Program-made: the position numbers and the translations under genes
Notes under the pieces: generated by a model
What the model was told of the DNA's origin: nothing
What the model saw: only the letters and a program-made list of their open reading frames with translations
Database searches by the model: none
Sequence record: NC_061445.1
Length of the DNA stretch: 64,000 bases
Direction: 5' to 3' (one strand)
Shown here: positions 37,641 to 45,880 of the stretch, piece by piece
Numbering within the stretch: the stretch's first letter is position 1
Layout of the letters: each line of letters opens with the position of its first letter

Positions 37641-37707
37641 CGACTAAGGGCTGATTTGTCCGATATAGTGTTCGCATAGACTTTACAAATTTCAGGCGCA
37701 TGAATGC

Positions 37708-37737
37708 AAAAAGGGGCAGCCGAAGCCACCCCTTTTT
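37708..37737 (-). terminator. Repeated-family terminator GGGGTGGC-TTCG-GCTGCCCC-TTTTT
   Basis: Downstream of the histone-like gene. Confidence 0.85.
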
Positions 37738-37769
37738 GTTTCGTAGTAGTGTCGAATCGACCAGGCCGA

Positions 37770-38420
37770 TTAAACTTCTACTTTACCTTTTTTCTTGGTC
37801 TTCGCAGCTTTACGCGCGCCGGCTTTCTGAGCAGCAGTGCCTTTATGAGTTACGGCTTTTTGCGTAGTCTCTTTGCCTTTTTTCAGGCGTGGCATTGGTT
37901 TCAGTTTTGGCTTCTTCAGGGTAACAGCTTTAGGCTGTACTTTTGGAGTTACCAGTTTGCCGTTCTTGATCGCAGGCTTACGAGCTTTACGCGCGGCCAG
38001 ACGAGCTTTCTGTTTCGCGATCAGGTTGCTGTAACCAGCTTTCTGTTTCGCGGCCAGGTTGGAACGAGCGATTGCCTGACGTTTCAGCAGCAGCTTGCGG
38101 ATCTGAGCCTGGGATTTCTGAGTGGTTTTCAGACCGGCCTGGTATTTAGCCAGACGCTCTTTCAGGCGCTGTTCGATGCTTTTGCCTTTCGCTTTCTTAG
38201 CCTGCTTGCGCAGGTGAGTAGCACGTTCGTTGTCGAACTTTTTCTCAGAAGCGGTACGCGCTGGCTTTTTAGCTTTAGCGGCCTTAGGTGCTTTGGTCGC
38301 TTTAGGCGCCTTAGCAGCTTTCGGTGCTTTTGCTTTTTTAGCTTTAGGCGCTTTCGCAGCCGCAGGCTTTTTGGTCATCTTTGGATCTTTGGTGCTTTTC
38401 AGTTTGCGTTTTACGGCCAT
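37770..38420 (-). CDS. Histone H1-like Lys/Ala-rich DNA-binding protein (216 aa)
   Basis: KAPKA repeats; extremely basic composition; GAGG RBS. Confidence 0.75.
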   Translation of the reverse strand: MAVKRKLKSTKDPKMTKKPAAAKAPKAKKAKAPKAAKAPKATKAPKAAKAKKPARTASEKKFDNERATHLRKQAKKAKGKSIEQRLKERLAKYQAGLKTTQKSQAQIRKLLLKRQAIARSNLAAKQKAGYSNLIAKQKARLAARKARKPAIKNGKLVTPKVQPKAVTLKKPKLKPMPRLKKGKETTQKAVTHKGTAAQKAGARKAAKTKKKGKVEV

Positions 38421-38489
38421 GATTATATCCTCAAGTTACAATTGAACTTTCGTCCTGTAGGACATTAAGTTTTTGAAATCAGCATGTAA

Positions 38490-38496
38490 AAATTAG
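38490..38496 (-). promoter_or_regulatory. Class-L motif CTAATTT
   Basis: Intergenic, 70 nt upstream of the histone-like gene. Confidence 0.55.
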
Positions 38497-38539
38497 TATA
38501 ATCCCTGAGACTTTTATCAGGAAATTTCCTAAATCTTTT

Positions 38540-39619
38540 TTACATAGCAGTATACCCTATTTCAGATAACACCGCGTCAAGTTCCTTGCGAGCGCGAACC
38601 CGCAAGGACTTTTTAATTCCCGAAGCCTTTAGGTAATCCTTAAGGCCATCGCGTGGGTCAATATCCGCGAGCGTTAACTCACTAACATCAACTGTATCTA
38701 TATTATCGAGATCGACGCGTTTATTCGTGGAATTTAATTGGGAAATATTAGGGACACGAGTACGAATATCTGCTGGGATTGACACGGTATCTTTGACGAT
38801 AACACGGTATCGAATCGCAGGGTTTACCACAAGGCGAGACCAGTCTTTCTGATTTTCAATTGCAACGGTTTCTAATCTAAACCCAGGCTTGCTGTCAACG
38901 AACTTCCGTTGAACCACCAGCTCACCTTTCTTGTAGAAGGCGCGAATGTGGATGAACCCTTTAGGCAGCGCTTCACCAAACGTTTTCTGGTAAGGTGAAC
39001 CACAATACTCAAAGCGCTTCTTCTCAAGTACCTGAGCAAGGTGGATGTGACCACTAATCGTATAGTCACGCGGGTCTACCTTGATATCCTGTTTCGCTTT
39101 AAGCGGACGACCGTTATCACCAAGCGCACCAATAGCTTCAACGTGACAGAAGTTCAGACACGGCTTCTTGTGCTTGATACTCTCACGCGCAGGGTGTGGC
39201 AGGAAGTTTACGATAACGCCATCAATCTCTACCTGCTCAGGTCTGAGGTAGATGTGCAGCGACTTGAGGAAGTCCCACTCACAGAACGTCTTAATCAAGT
39301 CCATGCTGGTGGACGTCATATCCGCCCAGTCGTGGTTGCCACCACAGTACCAAGTGTCGATAACACCTTCGTACTTGAGGAAGAACTGCATCAGCTTGCG
39401 CTTCGTGTCATCTTCCATGCGGAACTTATCAGTAATGTCGCCCGGAACAAAGATGTGACGAATACCGTGCTCTAACGCGTACTGATAGATACGGTTGAGC
39501 GTTTCGAGTTGGCGGTCAATGTGATCAGTAGGGAAGTGATTCGACAACCCTTCGAGATGCCAGTCGGACGTTACCAGTGCTTCCAACATCTCTGCTACTT
39601 TCTTCTTCTTTTTCATCAC
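38540..39619 (-). CDS. sbcD: SbcD/Mre11 (T4 gp47-like) nuclease (359 aa; alternative start 39589)
   Basis: TSDWH, PGDITD, GGNHD, CHV, SGHIH, YCGSPYQ..FGE metallophosphoesterase motifs. Confidence 0.9.
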   Translation of the reverse strand: MMKKKKKVAEMLEALVTSDWHLEGLSNHFPTDHIDRQLETLNRIYQYALEHGIRHIFVPGDITDKFRMEDDTKRKLMQFFLKYEGVIDTWYCGGNHDWADMTSTSMDLIKTFCEWDFLKSLHIYLRPEQVEIDGVIVNFLPHPARESIKHKKPCLNFCHVEAIGALGDNGRPLKAKQDIKVDPRDYTISGHIHLAQVLEKKRFEYCGSPYQKTFGEALPKGFIHIRAFYKKGELVVQRKFVDSKPGFRLETVAIENQKDWSRLVVNPAIRYRVIVKDTVSIPADIRTRVPNISQLNSTNKRVDLDNIDTVDVSELTLADIDPRDGLKDYLKASGIKKSLRVRARKELDAVLSEIGYTAM

Positions 39620-39645
39620 TACAATCCACAGGTTTCTTTGTAGGC

Positions 39646-39654
39646 TATTTACAG
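39646..39654 (-). promoter_or_regulatory. Class-M motif CTGTAAATA
   Basis: Intergenic, 27 nt upstream of sbcD, downstream of a terminator. Confidence 0.7.
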
Positions 39655-39693
39655 ATCATAGGTGACTGTAAGGTAGGTTTGTGATCAGAAATG

Positions 39694-39720
39694 AAAAGAG
39701 GCAGCCGAAGCCACCTCTTT
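39694..39720 (-). terminator. Repeated-family terminator GAGGTGGC-TTCG-GCTGCCTC-TTTT
   Basis: After the 39724 stop; compensatory A-T pair relative to other copies. Confidence 0.85.
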
Positions 39721-39723
39721 GAT

Positions 39724-41610
39724 TTACTTCATTGCCGCAAGACGTTTACGGCGCGCTTTGGCTTCTTCGCGCATGTAGACGACTTCTTCCTTTGCTTGGG
39801 CAAGAGCAAGTTCAAGCGCACGATCACAAATGGCCTCAATGACCTGCTCAGGCGTTTCAGTGGTCTGCACGATCAGGTTGCCGCTACGTGAAAGCATCTC
39901 AGCATTAGGATAGAGTTCCTCTCTAGCCTGTCCGATACACAGTTCGTCGTCAATATCAATACGGTAGATCAGTGTGTGAATCTCCGTCTTCTTGAACTTG
40001 TGTTCCTTACGCTCAAGCATAGCACGTAACTTAGAACGGAAATCTCGGCGTGGGTCAATCGCCACATACTTCCAACCGTCGAATACTTTCTTCGCACACT
40101 CGTAGTAACGATCGTCCACACTGTTCTTGTTGCGCTCAAGACTCACAAGAGTCGCAGCAGGACAGAACGGTGACATGTTGGCGAGTGAACCTATAGCAGG
40201 TGCAAGCACATACTCAGCGCGGTAACTATCGCCAAGTTCGTATTCTTCATCAACATACTTGGTCTGCACGTCACCTGTATTGATACGAGATGCGTTGTAC
40301 CAGAATGCGCTCTCAGGGTTGTTGGTGTATTTGACGAACGACCAAATCTGAGACAGAGCAGCAGGGTACGACCAATTGTGAAGACTGTCTTCTCGGTTGC
40401 TGTAGAAGTCTACGTCACCCAGATTCGCATCAAGGAAGTTCTGACGTCTATCACGCGGTAACTTGTCGATGAAGATAGCCATAGCTCTAGGTCTACTGGA
40501 CATCTTCTCCCACAGCATGAGCGTAGTTGGATCGTCAACACCAAGAGTACCGAAGACGATATCAATGAAGTCACCGAACTCTCGATAGTGTTTGTTGACT
40601 AACAGCTCGGTAGCGCTGCGCACATAGAACTTAGGCTGACCCCACTTCTCACGCGCAAGCGTGACTGCAATGCTCGGGTAGCGCTCGATATAGCTCAGGG
40701 CAACGTCTTCCGCTTCTTTGTTCTTCGTAGTAGTCAGGCGTTTGATGAACGCGTTAACATCACCATGCAGCATCGGGCTTTCGAGGTCATAGTCAAACTC
40801 TTCCCAGCGACGATCAGGATAGAGCTTGCTACTCAGTTCGTACATGCCCTTGCGTTCGGTAGTTGCAATGAACGGATTGATGTGTTCGTCCAACCACTCT
40901 TGCAGCACATGGACAAAAGGCATCTTAGAGTCAGGATAGGCGAACTCCACCAGATACAGAGCATTCACTTTCTCAGACCCGACAAACTTATCAGCAGCTT
41001 TCACCTTTGTGCGTTCGAAGTAAGGCTTGGCAAGACAGCGACCGATAGGCTTGTTAATGTTCTTGTCAGCAGGGTCAATCAGGTACGCAATCAGAGTACC
41101 ACCAGCAATATCCTGTTTGACATACTTCTTGTTCGAACCTGTCTTCACGTTCATGCAGCTAACCCATCCACGGTCTGTGGACATGCCCGCAATATCATAC
41201 GGGTGCATCGAGATGCAGATGAGTTGGCGGTTGCGCGTAGCATTCACAATAGACTTGCGATTCGGATCAGAGTCGAACATCTTTTTCAGTTCGGCATTCT
41301 TCGAAAGCACACGGCCGATTTTAACGATACGACCATGAGAGTCTTTCGCAGTACCTGTCAGGTAATCGACAAGCACCATATCTTTTTCCATCAAAGCGTC
41401 TACGATCTGAATTGGAGGCTTGACGTTCTGCGCAACGTTTTTGATCACGTTGTCGCTCTTTGCGTCGATGTAGATACGCATGGCCTTGTGGCCTTTCTTG
41501 CCGCTAATCTTTTCGAAAAGACTAAGCAACGTGGGATTTGGTTTCCATCCCTTTCTATACTTACGATAGATAGAAGGAGGTAACGCAGAGAGACTTACTT
41601 GAATTTCCAT
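39724..41610 (-). CDS. Hypothetical protein (628 aa) with N-terminal MEIQVSLS; putative internal virion protein
   Basis: Shared N-terminal peptide; ACGCTAATTTT upstream. Confidence 0.7.
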   Translation of the reverse strand: MEIQVSLSALPPSIYRKYRKGWKPNPTLLSLFEKISGKKGHKAMRIYIDAKSDNVIKNVAQNVKPPIQIVDALMEKDMVLVDYLTGTAKDSHGRIVKIGRVLSKNAELKKMFDSDPNRKSIVNATRNRQLICISMHPYDIAGMSTDRGWVSCMNVKTGSNKKYVKQDIAGGTLIAYLIDPADKNINKPIGRCLAKPYFERTKVKAADKFVGSEKVNALYLVEFAYPDSKMPFVHVLQEWLDEHINPFIATTERKGMYELSSKLYPDRRWEEFDYDLESPMLHGDVNAFIKRLTTTKNKEAEDVALSYIERYPSIAVTLAREKWGQPKFYVRSATELLVNKHYREFGDFIDIVFGTLGVDDPTTLMLWEKMSSRPRAMAIFIDKLPRDRRQNFLDANLGDVDFYSNREDSLHNWSYPAALSQIWSFVKYTNNPESAFWYNASRINTGDVQTKYVDEEYELGDSYRAEYVLAPAIGSLANMSPFCPAATLVSLERNKNSVDDRYYECAKKVFDGWKYVAIDPRRDFRSKLRAMLERKEHKFKKTEIHTLIYRIDIDDELCIGQAREELYPNAEMLSRSGNLIVQTTETPEQVIEAICDRALELALAQAKEEVVYMREEAKARRKRLAAMK

Positions 41611-41640
41611 TAGCGTTTCTCAGTGTTCGAATGGTGCAAA

Positions 41641-41647
41641 AAATTAG
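41641..41647 (-). promoter_or_regulatory. Class-L motif (ACG)CTAATTT(T)
   Basis: Intergenic, 31 nt upstream of 41610. Confidence 0.6.
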
Positions 41648-41669
41648 CGTAGAAATGACAAACGCCCCG

Positions 41670-42179
41670 TTAGGAGCGTCTATTGAATTTGAGCCAGTCA
41701 TTCCACCAGTAGGCAACAGGCTTGTTTTGTTTGAGTGCGTAGTCGATGCAGTTCTGCGTACCAGAAGGAGCACCGCAGCACAGGGAGATCAATCTGTCTG
41801 TCTCATCGACCATGTAGTGATTTCGTTTGTTCAGAGCAAATCCTGCTTGACCATCCATGTGCTCCCAATCTTCTTTCGAAGTGACTATGCGCACCTCATG
41901 ACTTTTGTTGAGCAGACCATCAAGTTCAAACACGCTACTGATTGTCCATCTGGAATTGAACCCAGGATAAGGCAGACATGAAACAACTTTGTGGCCTAGG
42001 TCGATTGCAGCAGTCGCTACTGCCATATCGAAACCTAGAGCACACCCCACATAGATGATAGCATCGTCCTCTATCGCAAGGACTTTTCTACGAGCGAACG
42101 TATAGAGGCGGCGTTTCGCCTCAGGGCTAAAGCCTCCAAGATACTGAGGACGATGGCCAGTGAAGGATATCTTTTCCAT
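41670..42179 (-). CDS. SLOG-superfamily protein, YspA/DUF1273-like (169 aa)
   Basis: ISFTGHRP, GCALGFD, LPYPG, RNHYMVD, SGTQNCIDYA. Confidence 0.85.
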   Translation of the reverse strand: MEKISFTGHRPQYLGGFSPEAKRRLYTFARRKVLAIEDDAIIYVGCALGFDMAVATAAIDLGHKVVSCLPYPGFNSRWTISSVFELDGLLNKSHEVRIVTSKEDWEHMDGQAGFALNKRNHYMVDETDRLISLCCGAPSGTQNCIDYALKQNKPVAYWWNDWLKFNRRS

Positions 42180-42185
42180 GTAGGG

Positions 42186-42194
42186 TATTTACAG
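42186..42194 (-). promoter_or_regulatory. Class-M motif CTGTAAATA
   Basis: Only 6 nt separate it from the SLOG ATG; no RBS. Confidence 0.6.
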
Positions 42195-42219
42195 AAGCAC
42201 TTCCCTGTGCGTGGTCTGC

Positions 42220-42585
42220 TTAGACGACTACTTCAAGCTGGTGGTCACCTGAGTTCCACACCATCTCACGAATGTTGCGTGGCATGATGATGCAGCCGCT
42301 TGATGCAGTGCCTGGCGCTTTAATGCTGTCACCATGCATCTGGAATGCAGAGCGACCGAACATCACGTTGTCAGCAGCAGGAGTCAAGTCCATTGCGTAT
42401 GGTCCTGTCTTTGCGCTGGTGCGTGGTGCGTTCAACGTATAGTGACCGACAGGCAGTGGTCCCATGCCAACAACTGCTTGCGACTCGTGCTTGTTCTTGT
42501 GCTGGCCTTTACCTGCATAGCCGGTAGCGACAACTTTACCTGCTGCGTTATACAGGCGGCCTGTAGTTTGCTCATATTTCCACAT
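42220..42585 (-). CDS. Tlde1/DUF2778-like L,D-transpeptidase-fold protein (start corrected to MWKYEQ, 121 aa)
   Basis: GGAG RBS; W.Y.Q.TG.L, GY.G.G, GPLP.G.Y, GRS.F..HGDS.....ASSGC. Confidence 0.85.
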   Translation of the reverse strand: MWKYEQTTGRLYNAAGKVVATGYAGKGQHKNKHESQAVVGMGPLPVGHYTLNAPRTSAKTGPYAMDLTPAADNVMFGRSAFQMHGDSIKAPGTASSGCIIMPRNIREMVWNSGDHQLEVVV

Positions 42586-42610
42586 AGGTACTCCAATATG
42601 TGTATAATGG

Positions 42611-42641
42611 AAAAAGGGCCTACACCTTTCGATGCAAGCCC
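42611..42641 (-). terminator. Rho-independent terminator
   Basis: GGGCTTGCATC-GAAA-GGTGTAGGCCC-TTTTT with G:U pairs on the minus strand. Confidence 0.75.
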
Positions 42642-42646
42642 CAGTA

Positions 42647-42784
42647 TTAGACGATGATCGTCTTAACAACGTTACGGTTCTTCTTTGGGTCGAACCACAC
42701 TTCTTCAATAATCTTGCCCATGCCAAAGTTTATCATCTGCACAGTGCGTCGGCTGACGAGTTGCAGACGTTTAGACTGGAACAT
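42647..42784 (-). CDS. Small hypothetical protein (45 aa, MFQSKRLQLVSRRTVQMINFGMGKIIEEVWFDPKKNRNVVKTIIV), not in ORF track
   Basis: GGAG RBS; fills the space exactly between the 42787 stop and the terminator. Confidence 0.65.
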   Translation of the reverse strand: MFQSKRLQLVSRRTVQMINFGMGKIIEEVWFDPKKNRNVVKTIIV

Positions 42785-42786
42785 GA

Positions 42787-43296
42787 TTACTCCTTAATCA
42801 TTTTGACACGCGTGTGGTCGAAGATACCAAACGTTGGTACGTCATGGTGTTCGCCCTCGTTACCCTTGATCGAGTCATATCCCGCGAGACGCAGAATCTT
42901 ACTGATCTCAGTGTATTCATCCCACCACATATACACACGCTTGTGCATACCTTCTGGGATTACTTTTGCCAACGTGTCTAATCGTTTGACAAGGGTCATC
43001 GCCTCATCTTTGCCCACCAGCTTTAACTGAAAGGCTTCCATGATGAGTTGCTTCACTCGTCTATGAATCTCAGCGAACTTTACTTCCGTCCACAGAGAAC
43101 GGAATTTCAGGCTAGCGTACCTGCCTGGGTCCGCATGAAATCGGTAGAGTCTCCCACCTTCTGCATACTTCTCAGCATACGCACGATCTGGTGTTACCCA
43201 AGTCATGTGTTGCTTCTTAGCATGATCGTCAGACCAATCTTCGGCCAGACCGCGATAGTAGATGGTGGGAGAACTCAGACTGACAAAGATCTGCAT
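42787..43296 (-). CDS. ADP-ribosyltransferase-fold-like protein (169 aa) with N-terminal MQIFVSLS
   Basis: IYYRGL, WVTPDRAYAEKYA, GRLYRF, AGYDSIKG, FGIFDHTRVK resemble the ART-PolyVal pattern. Confidence 0.5.
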   Translation of the reverse strand: MQIFVSLSSPTIYYRGLAEDWSDDHAKKQHMTWVTPDRAYAEKYAEGGRLYRFHADPGRYASLKFRSLWTEVKFAEIHRRVKQLIMEAFQLKLVGKDEAMTLVKRLDTLAKVIPEGMHKRVYMWWDEYTEISKILRLAGYDSIKGNEGEHHDVPTFGIFDHTRVKMIKE

Positions 43297-44318
43297 TACG
43301 CGTTATACTGAGTCAGGGGCTTAGGCTTACGCGCTACACGCTTAGTCTTTGCCTCAGGGATTTTCAGATCACGCAACTGCTGTTCGATCTTGTCAACAGT
43401 TGTACCATTACGTTTAGCCATATCAGGCGTAATGCTACCAGCCATAAGCTGACCAGGATTGTCTAAAACGATCTTGCTACCGACACGTCGGAAGTTCCAG
43501 TTATCACGCGCCCACTTCGCACTAAACTGAGTAGTGGTGGCATGTTTGAACACATCCTTAAAAGACTTGTCTACAATAGCAGAGACCGTTTTAGGCTTTT
43601 TTCCGGTAAGCATCTCCTCTCGCTGTTTCTTCAACGCTTTCTTCTTAGCAGGGGAGTACGCGCCTGTGATAGCGTTTTTGTTTTTAGGGAAGAGCTTGGC
43701 TTTCTCACGCTCAATCTGCGCCTTAGTGACAGTCTTTTTCTTCTGACCGGGTTTCACTTTACGATCAGAAGGAGAGCTGCCAGTACCACCAGCCATTTTC
43801 TCCGCCTTAACAAACTTAGGCTTGAACATACCGCGCTTACCGGTGACACCAAACTCAGTCAGCTTGATCGCACGAACGGCTTTCAATGCTTTGGCAAGAC
43901 CTGGGCCTGACAGCACAAGGTCAGATGCAGACAGAGGAAGATTCAAACCACCCAGGTGATGTTTCTTAGCGTGGGCATTTGCTTCTTTGATCAGAGCTTT
44001 CGCCTGCTTAATGTCAGCAGAAGATTTTGCTTTTTCTGTTTTGTAGGTTTCACGCAGAGCAGTCTTACGTGGTCCTTTAGGTGTCTGGCCAGCTTTGGTG
44101 AAAGCAGTAGCTGCTTTAATGCGAGCAGACATACCGCTAATAGCCGCAGTCTTGGCTTTCTTCAAAAGGCCAACAACAGCTTGCAGTTCAGGCTTGGACT
44201 CGGTCGCTACAACCAGAGTAGTAGCCCCGCCAACACGCGCAACTTTGTACGCCTGCGGTTTAATACGCGCAGACTCAGACAGAAGATTGTCTGCGAGATT
44301 GATTTTAATTAGTGCCAT
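43296..44318 (-). CDS. Basic Lys/Ala-rich putative internal virion protein (start corrected to MALIKI, 340 aa)
   Basis: GAGG RBS; K/A-rich; N-terminal LLSESA. Confidence 0.65.
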   Translation of the reverse strand: MALIKINLADNLLSESARIKPQAYKVARVGGATTLVVATESKPELQAVVGLLKKAKTAAISGMSARIKAATAFTKAGQTPKGPRKTALRETYKTEKAKSSADIKQAKALIKEANAHAKKHHLGGLNLPLSASDLVLSGPGLAKALKAVRAIKLTEFGVTGKRGMFKPKFVKAEKMAGGTGSSPSDRKVKPGQKKKTVTKAQIEREKAKLFPKNKNAITGAYSPAKKKALKKQREEMLTGKKPKTVSAIVDKSFKDVFKHATTTQFSAKWARDNWNFRRVGSKIVLDNPGQLMAGSITPDMAKRNGTTVDKIEQQLRDLKIPEAKTKRVARKPKPLTQYNA

Positions 44319-44329
44319 TTTTGAGTTCC

Positions 44330-44935
44330 TCAAATCAAGGCATGACCGGGAAGGTCGAAGTTTTTACCTGCGGCATAATCACCAAGCGCCTGATACAGCG
44401 AGTTACGCAGCATCTGACCGATGATATCTGAGTTGTGTGCTGACGGGTCCTTGAAAGCAACCTCGATCGCATCAGTGCGCGGATTAACTACGGCATAACG
44501 CAGAGGACAAATCGTCTGCACTTTACACCAAGTGTCCACACGATCTTGTAGTTCAGGCGTCATCTGAATTTTGAAGTCAGACAACTGAAACACAAGACTC
44601 TGAATAGGCGGAGGAGCCGATAAGGAGATGAACTTACCGTTAGCGTTCAGTCTCTCCATAGCCATAGCCGCGTCGTAGATCGACTGATAACCTTCACTGA
44701 CAGTAGTGAGGCCACTCAGTTTAAAGCTATGCGTTGTCAATCCTTTGCGAATCAACTTGGCGATTTTGAGTTCGTAATCACCAGAATCATCTCGCATGAA
44801 AGTGACGAACGCGTAGAAGGCGAAGCCATCGTCTTCACGTAAAAGTCTGTGATCTAATACGCGAAAGCCCACGACACTTTGCAGTGCCTGGGCTGTGATT
44901 TGCGTCGCCTTAGAAAGGGAAACGTAGATTTCCAT
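44330..44935 (-). CDS. Hypothetical protein (201 aa) with N-terminal MEIYVSLS
   Basis: Shared N-terminal peptide; internal FISLSA; TAATG coupling. Confidence 0.7.
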   Translation of the reverse strand: MEIYVSLSKATQITAQALQSVVGFRVLDHRLLREDDGFAFYAFVTFMRDDSGDYELKIAKLIRKGLTTHSFKLSGLTTVSEGYQSIYDAAMAMERLNANGKFISLSAPPPIQSLVFQLSDFKIQMTPELQDRVDTWCKVQTICPLRYAVVNPRTDAIEVAFKDPSAHNSDIIGQMLRNSLYQALGDYAAGKNFDLPGHALI

Positions 44936-45270
44936 TAACGCAGACGAGCGAGAGCCTTTTTAGCTTCTGCCAGAGAAGGCTGAATATCACCTTCATCGTC
45001 GAACTCACCTTCGTAGCGCAGATCGATGCCTGTCACGTTGAAGCCTTCGTCTTCGTCTTTGGTGATGATGCCGAAGCGAGCAGTGTCACCGTTAACGCCG
45101 ATAAAGCGCATGTCGAGAATGTCGTTCGGACCGCTCAGGTCAGACGGCATACCGTCGTCGATGATTGCGAACAGTGCTTTCTTGTCCAGACCCTTAAAGA
45201 AAGCAGCCAGTGCAGGTGCAGCAGATTGGGATTTAACAGCATCGTTCAGTTTCAGTTTGATCAGAGACAT
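44935..45270 (-). CDS. Hypothetical protein (111 aa), putative virion protein
   Basis: GGAG RBS; N-terminal VKSQSA. Confidence 0.65.
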   Translation of the reverse strand: MSLIKLKLNDAVKSQSAAPALAAFFKGLDKKALFAIIDDGMPSDLSGPNDILDMRFIGVNGDTARFGIITKDEDEGFNVTGIDLRYEGEFDDEGDIQPSLAEAKKALARLR

Positions 45271-45272
45271 GG

Positions 45273-45845
45273 TCAGTTTACTCCAACTTGTTTAGTGATT
45301 GTGATAACACGCTGGTACCAACCATAAATGTTATCTTCCTGAGTTTCGTCTGCCTTGGCGATGTTCTTCAACTTCGCAATACGACAGCCATTATAGGCAT
45401 AAGCCAGAACTTTGATATCACGCACTTTGCAGTACGCAGCAAGAGCAGCGAGCGTCTTCGGTCCAACATTTGCAGCAGGTGCAAAGTCAGGGTAGAGCCT
45501 GCCGCGACCGTTGAGAATATTCAACTGGTCTTGCAATTCAGCGATTGCTGCTGGTGGCCCTGAGTTAACGGCGTAGTCAAACACCCACAGTGCCAGCTCC
45601 TGAGAAAACTTGGCGATCTCATCGCACTTGCAGAAGTCCCAGAAGTTCTTGCTGTAGATAGCGTAAGCGATCTCATACGGCAAGTTTTGCATATCGCCAG
45701 TGTAACCGTAAGCGCGAGCATTCTTTTGAGTAACGCCCCAACGAGTCGGACCACCACGGTCTGCTGATCGATTCGTATAGGTAGAGCCGCCCTCACGGTC
45801 AATCACTTCGGCAATAGCGTTCTTACGAAACGTTAATGCGTCCAT
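45273..45845 (-). CDS. Glycoside hydrolase family 108 lysozyme with C-terminal PG-binding domain (190 aa); putative endolysin
   Basis: REGG...N..ADRGGPTRWGVT, FD.AVNSG, GPKTL.A, GW..RV motifs. Confidence 0.9.
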   Translation of the reverse strand: MDALTFRKNAIAEVIDREGGSTYTNRSADRGGPTRWGVTQKNARAYGYTGDMQNLPYEIAYAIYSKNFWDFCKCDEIAKFSQELALWVFDYAVNSGPPAAIAELQDQLNILNGRGRLYPDFAPAANVGPKTLAALAAYCKVRDIKVLAYAYNGCRIAKLKNIAKADETQEDNIYGWYQRVITITKQVGVN

Positions 45846-45871
45846 AATAGATTCCTCTTTTAGACGAACTA

Positions 45872-45878
45872 AAATTAG
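45872..45878 (-). promoter_or_regulatory. Class-L motif (ACG)CTAATTT(T)
   Basis: 27 nt upstream of the lysozyme. Confidence 0.6.
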
Positions 45879-45880
45879 CG

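Noticed and set aside
37770-38420. Tandem-like nucleotide repeats in the histone-like gene as a possible CRISPR array or VNTR
   Set aside because: They are codon-level consequences of KAPKA repeats; there is no constant repeat-spacer structure
38540-38900. 3' third of sbcD looks more AT-rich than the 5' part (possible recombination patch)
   Set aside because: Impression by eye only; needs a GC3/codon-usage calculation
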